Virus record (IMG/VR): IMGVR_UViG_3300046507_000526
Coordinates: 70,193-134,192 of that record
Reading direction: 5' to 3' (one strand)
DNA length: 64,000 nt
Source of the DNA: a virus
Lineage: Duplodnaviria; Heunggongvirae; Uroviricota; Caudoviricetes
The notes under the pieces were generated by a model. It did no database searches. It saw only the letters and a program-made list of their open reading frames with translations, and was not told the origin of the DNA. Numbering within the stretch: position 1 is the stretch's first letter; the number at the start of each line of letters is the position of its first letter. This document shows, one piece after another, positions 9,364-17,117 of this stretch. The translations under genes and the position numbers were made by a program.

Positions 9364-9816
9364 ATGGCTGAACAAGTAACTATCTATACAGACGGGGCTT
9401 GTTCAGGCAACCCTGGACCAGGCGGATTTGCATATTATGCAATCGATTCCCAAACTAATAAAATGATGGAGCAATGTTCTGGTGGCGAAAAAGCTACGAC
9501 TAATAATCGTATGGAATTAATGGCCGTCATTACAGCTTTGGAATCTTTTCTTCAAGGAAAACCGAACGAGATTCTGGTTGTAACAGATTCCAAATATGTG
9601 CTGCAAGGAATGACGGAATGGATCAAAGGTTGGAAAGCCAAAAATTGGATAGGTTCTAATAAGCAGCCTGTAAAGAATCGTGATTTATGGGAACGACTTG
9701 ATAAGGTTTGCGCACAACATCCTAATTTGAAATGGAAGTGGGTTAAAGGCCATTCCGGAGATGTGTACAACGAAATAGTTGATAAACTGGCGGTTGAAGC
9801 AATTCCAAAGGAGTAA
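9364..9816 (+). CDS. rnhA: ribonuclease H (RNase HI)
   Basis: TDGACSGNPGPGG, NNRMEL, VTDSKYV, VKGHSGDVYNEIVDKLA catalytic DEDD layout. Confidence 0.9.
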   Translation: MAEQVTIYTDGACSGNPGPGGFAYYAIDSQTNKMMEQCSGGEKATTNNRMELMAVITALESFLQGKPNEILVVTDSKYVLQGMTEWIKGWKAKNWIGSNKQPVKNRDLWERLDKVCAQHPNLKWKWVKGHSGDVYNEIVDKLAVEAIPKE

Positions 9817-9819
9817 GGC

Positions 9820-10563
9820 ATGATTGAGGTTGGCGTAACTATCACCGGTGCAGATGATCAGGTTGATCCTGATATTCTAGACGAGATCGGACATGAGTAC
9901 TCTGATGTTATCCAAGTAGAATGGGGTGTTCTGTTTTCTAAATCCCGAGAAGGCCAACCGCGTTATCCGACTGCTCAATGGCGAGAACAGTTTTATGGCG
10001 CAACGTTTAATCGCGGCAGCCTCTATTCTATTGCAGCACACTTGTGCGGTAAAAGCGTAGACGTTTTTCTTAGCTCATATGAACACTTCGAAAATGAAGT
10101 AACGATGGGCTTTAATGCAATTCAGTTCAACAAACTCACGGCTGAAAATAAGGAACAGATTTTCGACTTCGCTCATGAGCGCGGTGAAACCTGCGACATT
10201 ATCCTTCAGTACAACCAAAACACAGACGTACTTTTAAACGGGATGTTCGAAGATGAAGTTCCTAACGATATCAAAATCCTGCATGATGCTTCCGGTGGAC
10301 GCGGTACTTCTTATCTTGAGACTGGCGGTTGGCCAGACGCACCTGAACCGTTTGCGAGTAGGTTGGCAGTTGGCTACGCAGGCGGGATCGGACCAGAAAA
10401 CGTAGAGCAGACTTTGACTGAGCTTCTCCGGAAGTATAAAGGCAAAGATGGGTTCTTCTGGATTGACATGGAATCAGGAGTCCGGACTGAAGATCAGTTT
10501 GATATTGATAAAGTGATCGTTGTTCTTGAAAAAGCAAAGAAAATCGTAATGGAGAATAGATAA
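9820..10563 (+). CDS. TIM-barrel protein with phosphoribosylanthranilate isomerase (TrpF)-like phosphate-binding motifs
   Basis: GYAGGIGPENV resembles TrpF GGL.peNV; C-terminal IDMESGVRTEDQFDIDKV resembles TrpF D.nSgVE...G.KD; function unknown. Confidence 0.45.
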   Translation: MIEVGVTITGADDQVDPDILDEIGHEYSDVIQVEWGVLFSKSREGQPRYPTAQWREQFYGATFNRGSLYSIAAHLCGKSVDVFLSSYEHFENEVTMGFNAIQFNKLTAENKEQIFDFAHERGETCDIILQYNQNTDVLLNGMFEDEVPNDIKILHDASGGRGTSYLETGGWPDAPEPFASRLAVGYAGGIGPENVEQTLTELLRKYKGKDGFFWIDMESGVRTEDQFDIDKVIVVLEKAKKIVMENR

Positions 10564-10784
10564 TGGATTGGTATTTTTGCTTAGCGTTGATATTTTATGT
10601 AGTCTGGTGTGTCGGCGCACATGTTCTGCATCTTCGGAATAGATTAGATAAATTTGATGTAATCATGGCAAGCATACTTGGGGTTCCCTTCAGTGCGTTT
10701 TGGCCCATAGTAACAATAAGCTTTGTCATGTTTTGGGTAGTAAGATTTCTGGCAAAACTGGTTGTTAAATACACTAGAGGTTAG
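10563..10784 (+). CDS. small membrane protein
   Basis: 73 aa, two hydrophobic helices. Confidence 0.4.
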   Translation: MDWYFCLALIFYVVWCVGAHVLHLRNRLDKFDVIMASILGVPFSAFWPIVTISFVMFWVVRFLAKLVVKYTRG

Positions 10785-10786
10785 TA

Positions 10787-11791
10787 ATGGGCGGTAACGC
10801 ACTTAAACTTGAAACGGTTCGGCTTGAGAAGAAGTATTACGACCACGTAGCTGCTGGAACCGCCGAAGTACTTCAAACTGCATTTCCCAAAGCTAAAGTC
10901 GCAGTCATTCCGTCGTACGGAGAAAAGGAAAGTTTTGGAGATCTAGACGTTTTGATCTCTGGAATTTCTATGGATAAACTTCGGGAGTTCGTAACTCAGA
11001 AACTGAACTCTCCTGAATACTTCCAGAATGGCAATGTCCTTTCGTTTGGTTTAGAGATTACTGCCTTGCTTATGAAGAAGGCAATTTTCCAGATTGATTT
11101 CATTACGATACCAGAGGAAGACTTCGACTTTGCCTTGAACTACTTTGCCTATAACGATCTCGGAAACCTTATCGGTCAAACAGCTCATGGCATTGGATTG
11201 AAATTTGGGCATGATGGGCTCTGGTATAAATACATTATCGAAACACAGTTGGTTAAAGAAATCTGTATCACGAAAGACTTCGATACAGCTCTTCGTATTC
11301 TCGGATATAGTGTCTCCGATTACAAACGTGGTTTTCAAACTCTTGATGATATCTTTACATACGCTGTAAGTAGTGAGAATTTCAGCACATGGAATTATCA
11401 ACTTGAAAATCGGAATCACGTAGGTCGTATTCGAGATAAGAAACGAAAGACCTATATGGCATTTCTGGAGTGGATGGAGGACAAGGGCCTCCCTGGTGAA
11501 AGACAGGATAGAGATCTCGGTCTTGTATTGGCTGACTACAATGTCCCAGCAGTATCTTTCGAATTCATGATTACAACGCTGAATCACTTCAAAGTTGAAC
11601 GTGTCAAGAAGAAGTTTAGCGGAGAGAAAGTATCAGAGTGGACTGGACTTACCGGAAAAGAACTCGGTCAATTCATGAATGAATATCGAGGTCTTGATAG
11701 AGAACTGTTTATAAATCAAATGGATTTAACACCTACTGATAAAGTAGAAAAAGAAGTTAAAGAATTCTTTGAAAAATGGAGTAAGAAATGA
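10787..11791 (+). CDS. putative nucleotidyltransferase (Pol-beta superfamily-like G-x8-DLD motif)
   Basis: PSYGEKESFGDLDVLI fits hG[GS]...DhDh signature of Pol-beta NTases; no closer family assignable by eye. Confidence 0.4.
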   Translation: MGGNALKLETVRLEKKYYDHVAAGTAEVLQTAFPKAKVAVIPSYGEKESFGDLDVLISGISMDKLREFVTQKLNSPEYFQNGNVLSFGLEITALLMKKAIFQIDFITIPEEDFDFALNYFAYNDLGNLIGQTAHGIGLKFGHDGLWYKYIIETQLVKEICITKDFDTALRILGYSVSDYKRGFQTLDDIFTYAVSSENFSTWNYQLENRNHVGRIRDKKRKTYMAFLEWMEDKGLPGERQDRDLGLVLADYNVPAVSFEFMITTLNHFKVERVKKKFSGEKVSEWTGLTGKELGQFMNEYRGLDRELFINQMDLTPTDKVEKEVKEFFEKWSKK

Positions 11792-11979
11792 CGCTCACTG
11801 TTCACTTACAATGGTGGATGATCCCCGCTCTCATCACCATTCTTAGTTATTGCTGGGCTTTCTTTTGGCCTTTCAAAGACAACACTGGATTTATGGCTGG
11901 GCTTGTAAACCTGTTTGCACTTATTCCAGCTTCAGGGGTTTCTCTTATTGCATGGATTATTGCGGGATTTATGAAATGA
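11788..11979 (+). CDS. small membrane protein
   Basis: 63 aa, hydrophobic, start overlaps upstream stop. Confidence 0.4.
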   Translation: MTLTVHLQWWMIPALITILSYCWAFFWPFKDNTGFMAGLVNLFALIPASGVSLIAWIIAGFMK

Positions 11980-12209
11980 CTTGCGATCATATAATTCAAC
12001 TACCCGATAAATATGTTACCTGGACAGACGATTGGACCGGCGAAGAAATGAGCGAATGGGAATACAATCGTACAGAGAGTGCATTAACCGATATTGATAC
12101 TCATCGAATGAAGTGCTCTAAATGTGGCAAGATTGAATACTACTCTGGAGCAGCTCGTGCTTATTATACTGAAGGTAAACGTTCACCTGGAATTAGGGGA
12201 TTAGAATGA
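11976..12209 (+). CDS. small Cys-containing protein (possible zinc ribbon)
   Basis: internal ATG of ORF 11850; CDH...CSKCGK. Confidence 0.35.
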   Translation: MTCDHIIQLPDKYVTWTDDWTGEEMSEWEYNRTESALTDIDTHRMKCSKCGKIEYYSGAARAYYTEGKRSPGIRGLE

Positions 12210-12385
12210 CTGAAGCTCTCGAACATTGCCCTGAATGTGGCGAATCTAAAAAGTCTAATCTTGTCAACACGCCGGTATGGTTTGAATGTAAAACCTGTGG
12301 ATATTGCGAAGATGTCTTTAAAGGACCGGTAGCAACGTTTATTCGTATGCGTGATCCAGCAGGTCCACTTACTCAATACCTATAG
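12206..12385 (+). CDS. small zinc-ribbon protein (59 aa)
   Basis: CPECG...CKTCGYC; below ORF-track size cutoff. Confidence 0.3.
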   Translation: MTEALEHCPECGESKKSNLVNTPVWFECKTCGYCEDVFKGPVATFIRMRDPAGPLTQYL

Positions 12386-12390
12386 ATTTT

Positions 12391-12399
12391 TGGTATAAG
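12391..12399 (+). promoter_or_regulatory. TGGTATAAG promoter motif
   Basis: conserved box upstream of hen1. Confidence 0.4.
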
Positions 12400-12471
12400 A
12401 AAAGCATTAGGGGCAAGATACGTCTTGTCATTATATTGTTACTTTTAGCTCACTAACCACAAGGTGGAATA

Positions 12472-13773
12472 ATGGCCGTACTTACGATAGGTTCTTCGAA
12501 CCCTAAATTTTCCTGGATCATTTCCAAAAACCCTGCAACTATCCGGGAGAAAGGTGAGCCGTACAAAAAAGAGATCCGTCAAGGCAATGCATATGGCTGG
12601 TTTCTCACCAATGACCAGTCTTTTCGTCTCTGGTTTCGGGATAATCCTTTGACGTGTTCGTTTGCAGAAGGAATCAATGCGGAATTCGAGTATCTTGACC
12701 GCACTCGTTACGCTTCTCCTTACTTGCCGATTTCGTTGATCACGAACTGTCTGGCAACTGCATTCAAACAATCCCAAGAGGAAGATGAAGAAAAACCGTG
12801 GTCTGCATTTCTCACGACGACGGTAGAAATTCGAAGTGCTAGCATGCTTCGTCATCTCACAGAACACTTTAACGGGGCATTTGGATTTGACAAAGGGTAT
12901 AGCTTCACTGCTCAGAAATTAGCGGGCAACGCCTACGACGTCCATATTCAAGGCCCGAGCGTTCACAAGATGCTCAACGCTGCAATGGTTATTTTCCTGA
13001 TGTTCTGTGTTTCGACAAAAGGCATCTACATCAACCTCAAGGGGGATATCGTTGAGAAATACATTGCTGCAATTAACCGCATCAATGCTCCTTATTTTAT
13101 CCGGTATCTCTTTAAACGGAACGTGTTCTCAAATCGTGACACATTTCTTAAGAACAAATCGCTGCTTGATACGAACGAGATTTCGCTCTGGCACGGTGAC
13201 ACCCTTGCTCAGCGTAAAGAAGCTATCTTCCCCCACCTGGAAGGCGGAGCAATGCTTGTTGACATTGGGTGCGGTGAACTCAATTACACGCTCCCGCTCA
13301 GTTCGAAATATGAACAGGTCCTTGCGTTTGAAGCGGATGACGAACTCCGTGAAAACATGCTCGGAAAACTCAAAGGCCGAGAAGTCGAAAACGTTGTTCT
13401 CCGAGATGCTGCAACTCCCGAATCGATTGATGAGTGTTCCTCGCTCCTTAGCGGAGCAGACGTGCTCATCACAGAAGTTCTGGAGCACATTCCTCTTAAA
13501 GATGCAAGAGAGCTTGTTAATTCCGTTCTGAAAACTGAATTTAACAAGTTGGTTATCACGGTTCCGAACAAGGCTTTCAACGTGAACTATCTGATGGGAG
13601 AAGATGAGTTCCGTCACGATGATCACAAGTGGGAAATGACTCACGACGAATTTGAAGATTGGATTCTTCGTTCGAAATTCCCTGAATGGACTGAAGTTGA
13701 AATTAGAGGTATTGGCGATTCTGTCAACGGCACATTCACTTCCACGATGGTTGTTTTCTCCAAGAACAAATAA
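12472..13773 (+). CDS. hen1: Hen1-like RNA 3'-terminal 2'-O-methyltransferase (bacterial Hen1 architecture)
   Basis: C-terminal class I SAM MTase motifs MLVDIGCGELNY, VLAFEADDEL, DVLITEVLEHIP; about 430 aa with N-terminal non-MTase domain as in bacterial Hen1; directly upstream of pnkp. Confidence 0.7.
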   Translation: MAVLTIGSSNPKFSWIISKNPATIREKGEPYKKEIRQGNAYGWFLTNDQSFRLWFRDNPLTCSFAEGINAEFEYLDRTRYASPYLPISLITNCLATAFKQSQEEDEEKPWSAFLTTTVEIRSASMLRHLTEHFNGAFGFDKGYSFTAQKLAGNAYDVHIQGPSVHKMLNAAMVIFLMFCVSTKGIYINLKGDIVEKYIAAINRINAPYFIRYLFKRNVFSNRDTFLKNKSLLDTNEISLWHGDTLAQRKEAIFPHLEGGAMLVDIGCGELNYTLPLSSKYEQVLAFEADDELRENMLGKLKGREVENVVLRDAATPESIDECSSLLSGADVLITEVLEHIPLKDARELVNSVLKTEFNKLVITVPNKAFNVNYLMGEDEFRHDDHKWEMTHDEFEDWILRSKFPEWTEVEIRGIGDSVNGTFTSTMVVFSKNK

Positions 13774-13782
13774 GGACTTACC

Positions 13783-16203
13783 ATGAAAATTCAAACCAAG
13801 CTTCACACCGTGTTTATCCTGGTTGGCCCTTCTATGTGCGGCAAGTCGACGTTTTCCCTTGAGTTGCAGCACGCTCTAGGAGAACAGATGCGTAAAGCTG
13901 GACTGGGCGGTTCGTGTTCGATTCCCGTCATCAGTTCCGATGCGGAGCGAGAAAGTCTTTACGGCTACAAGAATCTCCATCGTTACGCACCTTTGATGAT
14001 GGAAGCCTCAGCTTCGGCCTTCGAAGTCCTTATGGCCAGGTACAAGGCAGCGATCTCGTTCCCGATCAATAGCGAATTCGTGATCATCGACACGACTGGC
14101 ATGAACGATACGTTCCGCAAGCAAATTCGTGAACTGGCCGAGGAAAAGGAATATCGTACTGAGTTGGTTACTTTCGAGTACTCCAACTATCAGTATTGGT
14201 CGGAATCCAATGCAGAAGAAAAGGTCATCGTCGAGTCGAGTGCCAAGCGATTCAAGCAGAGCGTCCTCCCGAATCTGGGGCGTAAAGATCACGACGGCTG
14301 TATCCGTGTGCGTGAACGTGACAAGAATTTCTGGCGTGACCTCGAAGTTGAGATTGAAGATCTGCAAAAGTACGCAGCTACTCAGTTGTATCTCAATAAG
14401 GACATGCAGATCAATATCATCGGAGATGTGCACGAACATGTCGAAGCGCTGGAAGAACTTCTTGTCAAACTCCCTGCTGGGAGCATCAACGTTATGGTGG
14501 GAGATTACATTGATAAGGGCAATGACACAGCAAATGCCATTGCTGCAGCTCGTAGGTTCCACGCTTCTGGTGGTATTATTGTTCACGGCAATCACGAGTC
14601 GTATGCTGTGAAACGTATCAAGGGAGAAATTAAGAACCCTGATCTGGAAATGGAAGCAAAGTACATGACTTCACTCAATGTACTGCTGAAAGATCCTGCG
14701 CTTGCAGCTGAGCTTGTAGATCTCTTCGACCTTTGTTCTGTACCTTTCCTCAAAATTCACGGTCATAACGTTCGTACCCTTTACGTTACCCATGCTCCTT
14801 GCGAGCAGAAATATCTGGGTAAGATGAGCCCTGCAGCACTTAAGGCTCAACGTAACCTGTACGGGGATCGTAAAGAAGACTACCGGAAGGCATATGACTT
14901 TATCTTTAAAGAAGCAGTTGGCAATTTCCCTTTGCATGTGTTTGGTCATGTTGCCCATAATGCTTCAAAGCTCGAATATCGGAACAAGATTTTTATCGAT
15001 ACCGGTGCTGTGTATGGCAATGCTCTTTCTGCTTTGTGCTATAAGGGAAACCGCTATTGGATCGAGTCTGTTAAGGCGACTGAAAAAGTAACGGTACATA
15101 AGGAACTTCAAAACTTCCTTACGCAACCTATTGCAGCTCCGGAAAAGCCCTTCAGCATCTACGACTATAAGTTGTCGCCTGATGATATGAAGTTCTTGAA
15201 GCGTACAATCGCAAACCGCGTTCAGTACATTTCCGGAACTATGGCACCAGCTCCGTCGACCAGCACTGAGATTGAAAGTCTGAAGGCTGGACTGGACTAT
15301 TTCCGTAACAAAGGCACGACGAAGGTAATTCTGGAACCGAAGTACATGGGTTCACGTTGCCAGATGTATCTGTTCCGTGGCCAACGCGAGAAATGCTTCC
15401 TGGTTTCCCGCAATGGTTTCAAGATTCGAATGAATGAAAAGCTTGACGCAATGCTTGACGCCGAGCTTGCGAAGTATGAAGCTTTGAGTCTTGATTTCTG
15501 GAATGAGTCAATGATTCTAGACGGCGAGCTTCTTCCTTGGACTACTCTCGGCGCTTCCTTGGTCGAAGAGCAATTCAAGGCGTATGAAGAGCTTGTACGT
15601 TACGAACTGGAAACTCTTGCAGGGGATGCGGAATTTGTGAAGCTTAACTTCAAGCAAAAGCCTGATTTATTAGCACGTCTGGCCGATCTGGCAACGTTCA
15701 AGAAAACCCTTGCAATCTACGGAGCAGAAGCCGATCCTTTCTATAAACCTTTTGCAATTCTGAAAATTGATAGCGAGGCCATGGGGAATAAATTTGAGGT
15801 TGCAGATTCGTTCGATACTCTCAACGAAGACGAATGTCGTGTCCTGCGTTTGGATAACGAATTCACTGACCAAACAGCGCAAGAATTCTTCGAAGCGTTG
15901 ACCGTAGATCGTAAAATGGAAGGCGTCGTCATTAAGCCTCTCGATGGTCCGGAAGATGTAGCACCGTACATGAAGGTTCGGAATGAGAATTATCTGACAC
16001 TTGTGTATGGCTACGACTATAAGAACCGTTACGAAGCTCTTTGCCGCCAGAAGAAGGTTGGTGGTAAACTACGTGTCTCCATTAAGGAGCATGATCTCGC
16101 AATGGCAATGCTTAATGTAGACAACGGCCCTGCCATGACTGAATTGATTGTGAAAATGATCTCACAACTCAATGAAGAAAAGGCTTTGGATCCTCGTCTG
16201 TAA
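13783..16203 (+). CDS. pnkp: bacterial-type polynucleotide kinase-phosphatase with C-terminal ligase-like adenylyltransferase domain (Pnkp)
   Basis: P-loop kinase VGPSMCGKST; calcineurin-like phosphoesterase GDVHEH...GDYIDKG...GNHES; C-terminal nucleotidyltransferase motif EPKYMGSRCQ; three-domain order matches bacterial Pnkp. Confidence 0.85.
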   Translation: MKIQTKLHTVFILVGPSMCGKSTFSLELQHALGEQMRKAGLGGSCSIPVISSDAERESLYGYKNLHRYAPLMMEASASAFEVLMARYKAAISFPINSEFVIIDTTGMNDTFRKQIRELAEEKEYRTELVTFEYSNYQYWSESNAEEKVIVESSAKRFKQSVLPNLGRKDHDGCIRVRERDKNFWRDLEVEIEDLQKYAATQLYLNKDMQINIIGDVHEHVEALEELLVKLPAGSINVMVGDYIDKGNDTANAIAAARRFHASGGIIVHGNHESYAVKRIKGEIKNPDLEMEAKYMTSLNVLLKDPALAAELVDLFDLCSVPFLKIHGHNVRTLYVTHAPCEQKYLGKMSPAALKAQRNLYGDRKEDYRKAYDFIFKEAVGNFPLHVFGHVAHNASKLEYRNKIFIDTGAVYGNALSALCYKGNRYWIESVKATEKVTVHKELQNFLTQPIAAPEKPFSIYDYKLSPDDMKFLKRTIANRVQYISGTMAPAPSTSTEIESLKAGLDYFRNKGTTKVILEPKYMGSRCQMYLFRGQREKCFLVSRNGFKIRMNEKLDAMLDAELAKYEALSLDFWNESMILDGELLPWTTLGASLVEEQFKAYEELVRYELETLAGDAEFVKLNFKQKPDLLARLADLATFKKTLAIYGAEADPFYKPFAILKIDSEAMGNKFEVADSFDTLNEDECRVLRLDNEFTDQTAQEFFEALTVDRKMEGVVIKPLDGPEDVAPYMKVRNENYLTLVYGYDYKNRYEALCRQKKVGGKLRVSIKEHDLAMAMLNVDNGPAMTELIVKMISQLNEEKALDPRL

Positions 16204-16223
16204 TTAAACAAATCTGTATTTCG

Positions 16224-16232
16224 TGGTATAAG
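16224..16232 (+). promoter_or_regulatory. TGGTATAAG promoter motif
   Basis: conserved box at start of structured 16.2-16.57 kb leader. Confidence 0.4.
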
Positions 16233-16570
16233 TAAGTTGGAATAACGTATGCATCACTTGCATTTTTTGTTAGTGTAAGGGGGGAGTAACTCTCTCCGTA
16301 TACGCTCTGGCTCCGATCTGTGAAAACAGATCTACGCCAGGGAAACGGGCTCCGCCCACGAGGTTATTCCAGTAACCAAATCGCCTGAAATCTAGGCGAG
16401 CTTCGCAAGTATCTATTCGCTTTAGCTTTACAAAGCCGAAGGCCAGCGAGTTACTTTCTGGTGATAAACTTCGGGATCACAATAGTACGGCTGCGCCGTC
16501 CTCGACCCGAGATACCCTGACGGGTGCGTGTTGCGAAGCACTTAACGTAACAACAAGGAGAAATAGGTTT

Positions 16571-16924
16571 GTGACTACCCAACGTAATGTGGAAGAGATT
16601 CGTCAGCATGAGACGAAACTCATTGAAGAACTAACAGCGGCTAACGCTGCTGGCGAAGCAATCGTGTATCCGATTGCAATTCGTACAAAGTATTGCGCAT
16701 GTAGTAGCTATGCGGAAACAGACTGTCGGTTCCATTCTCGAACAGAACCGGGTTGGGAAGTTTGCCCTGAAATTTCGGAAGCATCTCAGATCGGAAATCT
16801 CAAAAACGGTCGATGGCTTTACGTAACGACCGGTGAACCTCTAAACCAGGATGATCCAACTGAAGCTCAAGACAAGGCACTCGAAGAGCGTCTGTCAAAA
16901 GAGCTGATTAGCGCAGTCCAGTAA
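16571..16924 (+). CDS. hypothetical protein (GTG start)
   Basis: 117 aa; AGGAG 8 nt upstream of GTG. Confidence 0.45.
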   Translation: MTTQRNVEEIRQHETKLIEELTAANAAGEAIVYPIAIRTKYCACSSYAETDCRFHSRTEPGWEVCPEISEASQIGNLKNGRWLYVTTGEPLNQDDPTEAQDKALEERLSKELISAVQ

Positions 16925-16931
16925 CGAAAAG

Positions 16932-16958
16932 AGGGTGCCTAGCGCACCTTCTTTTTTT
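16932..16958 (+). terminator. rho-independent terminator
   Basis: GGTGCCTAGCGCACC hairpin plus T-run. Confidence 0.6.
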
Positions 16959-17107
16959 AGTCGAATAAAGAAACCTATACAGTACAATAGCTTCGAAAGA
17001 AGTTAAAAATTTCCTACGATATCATTGCTAACGGACTCTGAGAAACCGTTATACTAAGAATTCCCTCCAAGAATTCTGGCCAGGCATTCGGTCTGACCTA
17101 TAAGCAA

Positions 17108-17116
17108 TGGTATAAT
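17108..17116 (+). promoter_or_regulatory. TGGTATAAT promoter motif
   Basis: variant of conserved box just upstream of nrdA. Confidence 0.35.
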
Positions 17117-17117
17117 A

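Noticed and set aside
13129-14595. Minus-strand ORFs 13129-13872 and 14008-14595
   Set aside because: They are antisense to hen1 and pnkp, whose catalytic motifs are on the plus strand.
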